From Candidatus Falkowbacteria bacterium (GTDB lineage Bacteria; Patescibacteriota; Patescibacteriia; Patescibacteriales; UBA12465): a stretch of 62,297 nucleotides of DNA. The translations under genes were made by a program, and so were the position numbers. This document shows, one piece after another, positions 19,897-28,633 of this stretch (within the stretch, counting starts at the first letter, position 1; every line of letters starts with the position of its first letter). Location of the stretch: assembly GCA_003554785.1 (NCBI GenBank), contig PWHG01000084.1, positions 1-62,297 on the forward strand, given 5' to 3'. Under the pieces are notes generated by a model. It was given only the letters and a program-made list of their open reading frames with translations. It did not search any database and was not told the origin of the DNA.

Positions 19897-19929
19897 TACA
19901 ATCCCCCTTTTATGCAAAGGGGGATTGTA
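19897..19929 (-). promoter_or_regulatory. intercistronic 14-bp stem-loop between the two SBP genes (no T-tract)
   Basis: TACAATCCCCCTTT (19897..19910) / AAAGGGGGATTGTA (19916..19929), 5-nt loop. Not followed by a U-run on either strand. Confidence 0.5.
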
Positions 19930-19940
19930 CATAAAATGTG

Positions 19941-21563
19941 TTAGTCTTTGAAATATTCTTCCACGGCTGCGTCGTAGATCGGTTTGATCTGGTCGACGGT
20001 CGTACGGGCGGTGCCTTCGCGGATGGCTTCGTTGATGTTGGCGCGCCAGCCGTTTTCGCCGTATGGGCTGATGCCCACGGCGTTGATGAGTTCGAGGTAG
20101 ATTTTGTTGTAGACATCGATGTAGGCCTCGACATACAGTTCATCATCGAAACGAGTGAGCAGGGTCATCTCGAACTCGTTGCGCATTTCTTCTTCTGTTT
20201 TCCAAAGCTGCAGTTCGTTCCACACCTGGAAGACGAGTTCTTCACGTTCGGGGGTCATGCCGCTTGCGATATGGTAAAGGGCGACACCGGAGACGGGAGA
20301 GACGTATTCGCCTTCATAGTCGTCGGCGGCGGGATAGGGGACGAACCCGATCTCAAAGGCGATATTGCCCCAGCGGTTGTCCGCATTGATGAACCAGAAG
20401 TTTCCTGGGTGCATGGCGACTTTGCCCGCCATCCAGTCCGGGCTGCCCGCATCATAGGCGGGATTTTCTTCGAAGAGTCCCTGGGTGTAGAGATTGTTGA
20501 GGAAGGTGTAGGTCTCAAGGGCGGGGTTCTGATGGAACGCCACACGGCCGGCCTGGGCGTTGATGAGGCTTCCGCCGTTCAGAGGAATCATGTTCTCGGC
20601 GTAGAAGGCGAGCACACCGCCGAGTGCGAACATGTCATCGCCCTGGGTGGAAAGGGCGGTCTGAGTGTCAGAGGCCCATTGTTCGAAACGGCTCCAGTTC
20701 CATTCGCCGTCCAAGTAGAGCTCTGTCGGGTTGGCGACACCGAGGCTTCTGACCAGATCGGCGTTATAGTAAAGGCCGTTCGAGATGGTCAGGTTGCCCG
20801 GGTTGAACCCATAGACCTTGCCACCGAAAGAACCGATGGTATGAAAGTCGGCGTGGATGTTTTCGCCGTGAGTGAAAAGATACTGGTCGATCGGTGCGAT
20901 CGCATCGCCGTTGGCGAGTTGCTGGATCCAGTCGCTGGTGGACCAGTAGATATCCGCGAGGGGGTCTCCTGAAACGGAAGCCTGGATGATCGCGGTGACA
21001 CGGCTCGGTCCCCATGCCGCGCTTGCGGGATAGTTCACATAACGCACTTCGACATTGAGGCGTTGTTCAACTTCACGTTGACGTTCTTGACGTTGGATCT
21101 GTTCGGTGCCGCTGAAATTCTCATGGAACGGGTCGACCTCATGGGGCGCGCCATGCATGATGCGGATGACTTCCGGGGCAATATCCACGCAGTCTCCGTT
21201 TTTCAGCTCCTGATTCGGTGCACAACCGTCTTCCGTCAGGACAATGACCGTACGGGTCCTTGTGACCGCTTCGTTGTTGCTGCCGGTCACGGTGTAGGTC
21301 AGGGTGTAGGTTCCGGGTGTGTCGGTATCGACGGTACCGCTCACATTGACGCGGTCGGTGATGTCACCGTCTTCGCTATCGATGGCTTCGACAGCGGCCA
21401 TCGGGTCATAGTCTTCGCCGATGCCGATCTGCAATTCTGTCAGACCGGAGAAAGTGACGGTGCCGTTGTCACCGTTTTCCTCGTTCGGTTCTTCGCCGTT
21501 GCCGCACGCGGTGAGTGTGACGACGGTTAGTGCGAGTAGGAAAAAGCTCAATATTTTTTTCAT
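19941..21563 (-). CDS. ABC substrate-binding lipoprotein with an N-terminal Ig-like (DUF5011-type) domain
   Basis: I prefer the ATG at 21563 (MKKILSFFLLALTVVTLTAC, lipobox LTAC). The Ig-like segment reads EDGDITDRVNVSGTVDTDTPGTYTLTYTV. The remainder is SBP-like. Confidence 0.85.
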   Translation of the reverse strand: MKKILSFFLLALTVVTLTACGNGEEPNEENGDNGTVTFSGLTELQIGIGEDYDPMAAVEAIDSEDGDITDRVNVSGTVDTDTPGTYTLTYTVTGSNNEAVTRTRTVIVLTEDGCAPNQELKNGDCVDIAPEVIRIMHGAPHEVDPFHENFSGTEQIQRQERQREVEQRLNVEVRYVNYPASAAWGPSRVTAIIQASVSGDPLADIYWSTSDWIQQLANGDAIAPIDQYLFTHGENIHADFHTIGSFGGKVYGFNPGNLTISNGLYYNADLVRSLGVANPTELYLDGEWNWSRFEQWASDTQTALSTQGDDMFALGGVLAFYAENMIPLNGGSLINAQAGRVAFHQNPALETYTFLNNLYTQGLFEENPAYDAGSPDWMAGKVAMHPGNFWFINADNRWGNIAFEIGFVPYPAADDYEGEYVSPVSGVALYHIASGMTPEREELVFQVWNELQLWKTEEEMRNEFEMTLLTRFDDELYVEAYIDVYNKIYLELINAVGISPYGENGWRANINEAIREGTARTTVDQIKPIYDAAVEEYFKD

Positions 21564-21708
21564 ATTCATACCCTCTCTTTTTTCTATAAAAGCGATTTCA
21601 TTTGCTATTATACTACCTTTGTCCATAAGAAAATACCCTTGAAGCGTTATTTTCAGTTTTGTTTATTTTTTTTCAGTGCCGTCGGATTTTCGGCCTTAAA
21701 TGGCATAA

Positions 21709-21734
21709 AAAGTACCCGCGAAAACGGGTACTTT
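21709..21734 (-). terminator. Rho-independent terminator after the 804-aa gene
   Basis: AAAGTACCCG (21709..21718) / CGGGTACTTT (21725..21734), 6-nt loop, minus-strand tail TTATG after the stem's UUU. Confidence 0.55.
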
Positions 21735-21754
21735 CTATGACAGGTGCGTGACTT

Positions 21755-24169
21755 CTAGAAAGGTTTCTTGATCATGAGGCCAACGGCGCCGGTGAGGGCG
21801 ACAAGGGCACTGACGGCGCCGGTGATGACAACGGCACCCATTGATGCGCCGGTTTCGTCTTCCGGTAGGTTGTCAATTGCTTCTTGAACCGCGCTGTCGA
21901 TCATCGCCTGGATGGTTTCCTCTGTGAGGAGACGGGCATCCAGCATGTCTTCGACATCTTGAGTGTTGGCTTTGTTGTTCATATCGTCTTCAGTGAATAA
22001 AGGCGCGACGACGTTGACGTCGAAGCTTGCGGTCGCCATGTTACCCGCACGGTCCTCGACAGTCACTTCGACTGTGTAGGTACCTTCTTCTTGCAGGTTC
22101 AATCCACCGTTGTTTGAAACATAGATGGCGAGTTGGTCAGGCGTGTCGAAATTATCGACCGCGACCACGTTGGAAAGAATCGCATTGTTGATGTTGGTGA
22201 ATTGGCCGCTTTCGATGGTGTAATCGCTGTTGACGATCAGTGGTGTCGGTGGGGTGACATCATCGATGGTCAGGACGTAAGAGGTTTCGGTGAGGATGTC
22301 GTAACTGAAGTCCTCAGTACCGATTTCCACAGCGACAGGATCGCCATAATCGAGGTTGGCCGCACGCAGTGGTGGTGTTTCAACACTACCGTGAGCTCCG
22401 ATGATGAAGCCGCCTTCATCGAGTTCGACAGTCGCTTGCCAATTGGCGAAATGATCTGCGTCGCCGACAATGGTGCCGTTTTCATCAGTGTATTCCCAGT
22501 TGTAGCGGTCATAACGCTCGCTCATGTTGCCATCGCCGTCGACGACGATCATGACAGAGCCCCAGGCACTTCCGATGTCGCGGAATAATTCAGCGTCATC
22601 CCATACCTGTTTTTTCGCATAGACATTGATGTCTAGGTCTGTGTTGAACGCATCAGGTCCTTCCCAGGCTTGCTCCTCACCATTGATGGTGAGTGTCCAA
22701 GGGTCGCCGGGGAAGAAAACGTTGTGGATGAAAGAAAGATCGATGGTGTAGCTGCCTGGTTCTGGTGAATATCTGTTGAAGCCCGCAGGCAGGACGACTT
22801 CGATGGATGAAGTCAGATCATTGCCGTAACCGTCGTCGGCAGTGATGCCTTCAAGCGGGTCGACAGGCGTCTTCTCGTTGACAAAGCGTGGGTCGACGCC
22901 TACGAAAGTCGGAGGCATGACACCGATGACGATGTCGATCGGATATTCGGTGATATCACCGAGCGGGGTTTCAGCGACGAAAGTCGCGGTGTAGCCGCTA
23001 CCGAACTCAGAAGCGTCGATGACGTTCACGGACTCGCTGGCGGTATAGGTTGCTGTTCCCTCATCATAGGTGAAATCGATGGTCTGCAGGATATCGCCGT
23101 CTTGCTCGATGACGATCTGGTAGTCGAGGAATTCCGTTTGATTGATGATGTTGCCCTCTTCATCGAACATGTTGAGCCAAGAGGCATTGACGAGACTCGG
23201 GTCGAAATCGAAGGTGCCGTTGTATTCGACAACCGCGGTGACGCCAGGGGTGTTGGCATCGTCATCCAATAAAGCGATGCCGAAGAAGGTGGCGGGTTGG
23301 TCCTCATAGCTCATGGTGAATGGTTCGACACTGTCATCAAGAATCGCGTCAGCGAGGGTCGGGATGAATTCGGTGGTGGCTTTATTGCTGTTGTCCCGGT
23401 CGAGTGTACCGAAGGTTACAACCGTCCAACCGGCGTGGATGTGGACATATTCAGGGTCACCGTCCATGATGAGCGACCATTCTTCGACAGGGTCTTCATT
23501 GATGTCGATGCCGGGGGCTCTCCAAGAAAGCCAACCGATTGGTTCGACCTCATAGCCTTGTGCATTGTCCGAAACGGCGATACGGATAGGCGAGGTGATG
23601 GTGTTCGGCGTGTCTGTCTCAGGTTCATCGGATGCGTCATACGCATCGATCTCGCCTTCGGTGGCCATGCGCCATTCGGGGTTCTCGGCGTCACCATCGT
23701 TGTGGATATAATACATGTTCAGGTGGTCTTCGAACATGGCGAGTTGGCCGTTTTCATCGAAGTAGGCGTACATTCTGTCGACAACACCACCGGTGAGGTC
23801 GGTACGGGCGTTTTCGGTTTTCAGGATCACGCCTTCGTCGGTATCATTGATGAAAGCACTACCGAATGATGGCCAGGAAATCGCAGGCATCTCGGTGGCG
23901 TCGATGTAGCCATCGGCGTTTTCATCTTCGAAGTCGACGACATAACGCACGGAGCTACTCACGTAATGATAGCGGTGCCCGAAGTATTCAAACGTCCAGT
24001 TGGCCGCTCCGACACGGGTTCTTGTACATGGTTCGCTCACGGTCATACAACCGGGCTGGTCGTAAGGGTAGAGATCGACGATTCCATCATTCTCATCCGC
24101 GCTCAGATTGATGGCCGCAGCGGTGAAAAACAGAAGCGTCAGGCTGAAGATTAAAGCTAATTTTTTCAA
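21755..24169 (-). CDS. 804-aa surface protein of unknown function with Ig-like (DUF5011-type) domains and a C-terminal TM anchor; TTG start
   Basis: ORF track. TTG at 24167..24169 lies 8 nt after GGAGG. Signal peptide MKKLALIFSLTLLFFTAAA. Ig-like stretch GTYTVEVTVEDRAGNMATASFDVNVV. C-terminal MGAVVITGAVSALVALTGAVGLMIKKPF. Confidence 0.75.
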   Translation of the reverse strand: MKKLALIFSLTLLFFTAAAINLSADENDGIVDLYPYDQPGCMTVSEPCTRTRVGAANWTFEYFGHRYHYVSSSVRYVVDFEDENADGYIDATEMPAISWPSFGSAFINDTDEGVILKTENARTDLTGGVVDRMYAYFDENGQLAMFEDHLNMYYIHNDGDAENPEWRMATEGEIDAYDASDEPETDTPNTITSPIRIAVSDNAQGYEVEPIGWLSWRAPGIDINEDPVEEWSLIMDGDPEYVHIHAGWTVVTFGTLDRDNSNKATTEFIPTLADAILDDSVEPFTMSYEDQPATFFGIALLDDDANTPGVTAVVEYNGTFDFDPSLVNASWLNMFDEEGNIINQTEFLDYQIVIEQDGDILQTIDFTYDEGTATYTASESVNVIDASEFGSGYTATFVAETPLGDITEYPIDIVIGVMPPTFVGVDPRFVNEKTPVDPLEGITADDGYGNDLTSSIEVVLPAGFNRYSPEPGSYTIDLSFIHNVFFPGDPWTLTINGEEQAWEGPDAFNTDLDINVYAKKQVWDDAELFRDIGSAWGSVMIVVDGDGNMSERYDRYNWEYTDENGTIVGDADHFANWQATVELDEGGFIIGAHGSVETPPLRAANLDYGDPVAVEIGTEDFSYDILTETSYVLTIDDVTPPTPLIVNSDYTIESGQFTNINNAILSNVVAVDNFDTPDQLAIYVSNNGGLNLQEEGTYTVEVTVEDRAGNMATASFDVNVVAPLFTEDDMNNKANTQDVEDMLDARLLTEETIQAMIDSAVQEAIDNLPEDETGASMGAVVITGAVSALVALTGAVGLMIKKPF

Positions 24170-24226
24170 TTTTGGTTCCTCCCTAAATTTTTATTGTTTT
24201 GGATTTTGGAAAGCCTTTCATGAAAC

Positions 24227-24255
24227 ATTCTACCTAGAGGTGAAAACGCTGTCAA
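24227..24255 (-). promoter_or_regulatory. sigma-A-type promoter for the 804-aa gene
   Basis: The minus strand reads TTGACA (24250..24255), a 17-nt spacer, then TAGAAT (24227..24232), about 55 nt upstream of the TTG start. Confidence 0.6.
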
Positions 24256-24335
24256 TGTGAAGTTGTGTTTATTCAATCAATCAGGCGGTTTTTCCGTCTT
24301 TTGGATAAAATTTTCAAGTTTCTGTAACTTTATGA

Positions 24336-27300
24336 TCAGTGGATCGTGCCGGGCAGATAGACATTGAACGTCCGGCTTCTTTCAACGCCGTTTTGGACGA
24401 CGGTGACGGTGTAGCTCGCGGTCATCGCGCGATCCGGCATGGCGACCACACGGCCGTGTTGATCGATATAATCAGGATTGTGAGACTCGAAAGAGATGCT
24501 TGCATCCTGGAAATTATGACGGATGAAGTATTCGATCTCGACCATCTCTTCGAAAACAGGAATCAAACCGGCTCTGATCAGGGTCTGCGGACAGATCTTG
24601 CCGCTGAAATCGATGTGATAGGTCAGATGATCCAGGGGAAGATTGTAGCGGTAGAGAATATCCGCGGAAAGCTGGGCGGTCCGCTGCCAGGTGCGATACA
24701 TGTCGCCGTCTTGGTTGGGGGACATCTCGATGCCGATGCCGTTGCGGTTACCGCCGCCTAGATAACTGTCGCTTCTTTGATGGGGAAGCGACGAGCCGTC
24801 GCCGGCGTGGAAGCCTCTTTCATTCTCGGGAAGATGCTGATAGATCAGGGTGTCGTCGATGGTATAGTGCCAGGATACCCACAACTCATGCCCGTTGACG
24901 GCGGCGTTATAGAGATAGTTCGCGTGAGAAAGCGCGCCGGCGCCCGGAGCGGTGTTGGCGGTATCGTGGATGACCACCCAGTAGACATTGTCATCGTTAT
25001 ATGCCTCGACGCCTTCCGGATGCGGTGTCATCGGTTCACCGGGACGGACGCCATGGCTGACGGGCACGATTTTTTGGTTGATTTCAAGCGGGTCCGAGAA
25101 ATAGAAGCGGGAGACGCTCTCATAACGGAAATCCTGGTAATTGAAGCTGAAGCCGTAGGCGGTCCAGCGGTGCGGGGTCGAATAACTGACCGAATACTTG
25201 GTCAGCAGGTCGAGCAGGTCGTTCTCATCGAGTGACTCGTGAATCTCGATGGTGAACTCCTGAGTGACATCGGGATTATTCTCAAGGCGGGCTGTGAAAG
25301 TGACGATACCGGGTGCGTATGCTTCAACATGGCCGTCTTCGGCGATGGTCGCAAGGGCGGGATCGCTGCTTTCAAACAGAACATTCGCATCGCGGATATC
25401 ATAAGGGAACGGCTTGGCTTCGAGAATGAAGTAGTCATCAGGAGTGATGGTGTTCATCACGTGACTCGGCGTGAGCTCGATGCCGGGTGTCGTGGTGACG
25501 TCGATCGCAATGCGTGCGTTGACCGTCAAGTCGAGACGCGAGCGGATGGTGATGGTGACAGGGCCGCTTCCCACAGGGGTAAGTACGCCGCTTTGGGTGG
25601 TCATCAGGACATCGGGGTTCGAGGTAATGAATTGGATCCGGTCGGTATGGAAATCAAGTGGCAGGAACTCATATTCGAGCGTATGGCTGTCGCCGATGAT
25701 GAGCTCCTCGACCGGGTTGGTGATGATGATCTGCGCCGGAATGTCGGGGTTGTAGTCGGCTTCGTTGGGAATATCCGATACTGAAAGATAATAGCCGCGA
25801 AGATAATAATCCGTCACGTTGTCGAACTTGTCGGATGCCGGTGTGTCGCCGTTCCAGTAGTTCAAAGTGAAATCGATGCTGTTTTGTTCGGCGACGGTGA
25901 CAAACTTGTCCACTTCATGGAAATCATTGAAACGGACGTAGGCGGACATCGCCTGTTCGTCCAGGTCGATATAAAGCGCAAGTGTGGTCTCATCGATGGT
26001 GTTTCGCTCGATCTGGAGCGCGTTCATGACGTCAGTTTGGGGTTTGATTGTCACATGGACACCGCGGTCGAGATCCGTCATGGTGTTTTTTTCGATTCGG
26101 ATCAGCCCTTCTGCGTCCGTGATGGTGATTCCGGTTGCGGTCCGGTTGGTGCCGGTGAAGCTGTTACCTGATATCAGAATGTCTTTGGAACCGGAAACAA
26201 CCAGGAAATCCCGGTTGTCCAATGTGACGGTGTTACCGGTGAAAGCGAAACCGGTGATTGGGCCTTCATTGGTGATGGTGGCGCCGTCTTGCCAGATGAA
26301 ACCTTCAATGGTGACATCATTGGCGGAAACAGTGACATCGCCACTGATGAAGACGCCTTCTAAAGCACTGAGGGTCGCACCGTCGACATTGACGGTGAAG
26401 CCGTTGGTGAAGGTGCCTTCGAGAATGTGGATATGGACACCGTCAGCCGAATTTTCAAGCGCATCTTCGATGCAGTCGAACAGTGTCGAACCGTGCGCGA
26501 AGACGAAGTCGCCGACTTCACGGGTGTCGCCGTCGCTGCTGGTCGTATCGACAGCGAGATGGTGGACGATTTCGACTGTCTTGGAGGCTTCGACAGGCTT
26601 GTCGTTGCCGGTGAACTGCGATGTCGCCGTGATGGTGACGGTTCCGGTCGAAAGGGGAGTCAGCACACCGTTGTCGTCGATAACGGCGACCGAGTCGTCG
26701 GAAGTGGTGAAGGTGACAACCGGATAGCCTTCCTCGGGTGCGACCTCGATCGCATAAAAGCCTTCGGTGCCGAGATTGACGGTCTCATCACCGGTGATGA
26801 AAATCAACTCGGTACCGAGATAGACACCGACGGTGATTTCATGGGTGATGGCCGCGTTGTGATGGGCGGTGATGGTGATGATCGCCTCTCCGGTGGCGAG
26901 ACCGGTCAGGGTCCCATCCTGGGTGACTCTCACGACATCCGTGTCGGAAGAGACGTAAGTGAGCGTGTCGTTGGTAACGATATCAAGCGCAAGCGTCCCG
27001 TCGACCCAGAGTTTCGCCGAATCGGGGCCTTCAAGAATGATCAGACGCGCGACACGCACGGTGATGGTTTCCTGGACATCGGGATCGTCTTTTGCGGTAA
27101 TCGTCAATGTTGCGGTCCCTTCGCCGATCGCACTGACAGCACCGGTCTCATCCACGGTGAATACCGATTCGTCCGAAGATGTGAAAACGACATGCGTGTT
27201 GGCAGTGTAATCGATGACCGCTGTCTCGCCTTCGGTCAAATCGATCGTGTCCGCATTGACATCGAGATTGATGACTTTGAGGACGGTGATGGTGATTTCG

Positions 27301-27584
27301 ACCGGATCGAAATCAGTGTCGGTGGCGATGATCACGACACCGGCTTCACCCGGTGAGACGGCGGTGATCAGACCGTTGCTGTCGACGGTGAGCACCGAGG
27401 TGTCCGATGATTCGAAATGCAGTTCAGTGTTGCTGAAGGTGACGTCGAGTTCATGGGACTCACCCTCGTTCATGGTCAGATCGGACTCATTCACTTCAAA
27501 CACCGTTTCGTTTCCTTCGCCGTTGCAAGCAGCGACGACGAAGCCAAGCACAAACAACAATACAATTAACCCTGCTTTTTTCAT
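24336..27584 (-). CDS. surface lipoprotein: Big_2-type Ig repeats, beta-helix-like segment and C-terminal Amidase_2 (N-acetylmuramoyl-L-alanine amidase) domain
   Basis: 1082 aa, lipobox VVAAC. Repeated ...VDxxGxVTAxxxGxAxITA... Ig motifs. C-terminal VVIHDTANTAPGAGALSHANYL, GIGIE and HIDFSGKICP match Amidase_2/PGRP zinc-amidase motifs. Confidence 0.8.
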   Translation of the reverse strand: MKKAGLIVLLFVLGFVVAACNGEGNETVFEVNESDLTMNEGESHELDVTFSNTELHFESSDTSVLTVDSNGLITAVSPGEAGVVIIATDTDFDPVEITITVLKVINLDVNADTIDLTEGETAVIDYTANTHVVFTSSDESVFTVDETGAVSAIGEGTATLTITAKDDPDVQETITVRVARLIILEGPDSAKLWVDGTLALDIVTNDTLTYVSSDTDVVRVTQDGTLTGLATGEAIITITAHHNAAITHEITVGVYLGTELIFITGDETVNLGTEGFYAIEVAPEEGYPVVTFTTSDDSVAVIDDNGVLTPLSTGTVTITATSQFTGNDKPVEASKTVEIVHHLAVDTTSSDGDTREVGDFVFAHGSTLFDCIEDALENSADGVHIHILEGTFTNGFTVNVDGATLSALEGVFISGDVTVSANDVTIEGFIWQDGATITNEGPITGFAFTGNTVTLDNRDFLVVSGSKDILISGNSFTGTNRTATGITITDAEGLIRIEKNTMTDLDRGVHVTIKPQTDVMNALQIERNTIDETTLALYIDLDEQAMSAYVRFNDFHEVDKFVTVAEQNSIDFTLNYWNGDTPASDKFDNVTDYYLRGYYLSVSDIPNEADYNPDIPAQIIITNPVEELIIGDSHTLEYEFLPLDFHTDRIQFITSNPDVLMTTQSGVLTPVGSGPVTITIRSRLDLTVNARIAIDVTTTPGIELTPSHVMNTITPDDYFILEAKPFPYDIRDANVLFESSDPALATIAEDGHVEAYAPGIVTFTARLENNPDVTQEFTIEIHESLDENDLLDLLTKYSVSYSTPHRWTAYGFSFNYQDFRYESVSRFYFSDPLEINQKIVPVSHGVRPGEPMTPHPEGVEAYNDDNVYWVVIHDTANTAPGAGALSHANYLYNAAVNGHELWVSWHYTIDDTLIYQHLPENERGFHAGDGSSLPHQRSDSYLGGGNRNGIGIEMSPNQDGDMYRTWQRTAQLSADILYRYNLPLDHLTYHIDFSGKICPQTLIRAGLIPVFEEMVEIEYFIRHNFQDASISFESHNPDYIDQHGRVVAMPDRAMTASYTVTVVQNGVERSRTFNVYLPGTIH

Positions 27585-28633
27585 CTGTTTCCTCCTGGTT
27601 TGCTATAGATTACATCGGCGACAAGTCGCCGGTAGGGATTCATCCCGTTTTTCTCGCGGTCAGGATGCACACCGTTGCTCAGTATGACGATACCGGTACC
27701 GGCCTTGCGGTCGATAACGATGCTGCAACCGGTAAAACCGGTATGAAGAATGGTGTCGTTCACACTGACATGATCGCCACCGATGCCGCCCGGGGTCGGC
27801 TTGTCCCAGCCGAGCGAACGTCTCAACATCCTGCCCTGACGGTCAGGCAGGGCGACTGTTTCTTGAAACAGCGTATCGACTGTGCGTTTTTCAAGTACTG
27901 TGTCATTTCTCAATATCGACAGGACGAACCGTCCGAGATCCGAGGCGGTGGAAAAAAGGCCGGCGTGGCCGGAAAGACCGTCCATTGCGAAACTTTTCTC
28001 ATCGTGGACCTTCCCCTTGAGCAGTCCTTGGTGGGTCTCGTCATTCCTGATTTCCGTGGGGGCGGTCCGTGAGACATCGGGGTGATACCCCGTGTCGTTC
28101 ATGCCAAGCGGTGTGAAGATGGTCTCACGGGCGAAAACGTCGAGGCTTTTTCCGGTGATTTTTTCGATGATCTCGCCCAAGAGGATGAACCCGACATCGG
28201 AGTAGACGATACGGGTTTCGGGCTCATAGATGAGATCCATCGCGTAGATACGGCCGAGCACATCCTCTTTGGTCTTGAGCGTCCTCGGCGAGGGGATATC
28301 CGCGGGAAGACCGGAAGTGTGCGTGAGCAGCTCGGCGATGGTGGTGTTCTTGTGCCCATAACGCGGAAGGACGGTGCAGACGCGGGTATCTAGTCCGGCT
28401 TTTCCGGTATCGAAAAGACGCATGATCATGGTCGTTGTCGCGACGACCTTGGTCAGGGACGCGACATCGTAGATGGTCTTTTCCGTGTTCTTCTCCTTCT
28501 TTGGGACAAGGGACTTATGACCGGTCGCACCCACTTCGGTGCGTCCGTCGTGGTGGACGAGACAGAAGGTCGCGCCGGGAAACGCGCCTTCTTCCACCCC
28601 TTTTTCCAGAATCGCTTTCACTTGCTCGGTCAT
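27581..28633 (-). CDS. beta-lactamase-fold serine hydrolase, no signal peptide (AmiE/YbbE-like candidate MurNAc-L-Ala amidase)
   Basis: 350 aa, SxxK motif in YDVASLTKVV. Hydrophilic N-terminus. ATGA-coupled on both sides. Confidence 0.65.
   Translation of the reverse strand: MTEQVKAILEKGVEEGAFPGATFCLVHHDGRTEVGATGHKSLVPKKEKNTEKTIYDVASLTKVVATTTMIMRLFDTGKAGLDTRVCTVLPRYGHKNTTIAELLTHTSGLPADIPSPRTLKTKEDVLGRIYAMDLIYEPETRIVYSDVGFILLGEIIEKITGKSLDVFARETIFTPLGMNDTGYHPDVSRTAPTEIRNDETHQGLLKGKVHDEKSFAMDGLSGHAGLFSTASDLGRFVLSILRNDTVLEKRTVDTLFQETVALPDRQGRMLRRSLGWDKPTPGGIGGDHVSVNDTILHTGFTGCSIVIDRKAGTGIVILSNGVHPDREKNGMNPYRRLVADVIYSKPGGNR

Noticed and set aside
21564-21706. Possible promoter for the SBP operon (perfect TATAAT on the minus strand near 21623..21628).
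   Set aside because: No acceptable -35 lies at 16-18 nt (TATTTT). It may be activator-dependent, but the evidence is too weak to list as a feature.
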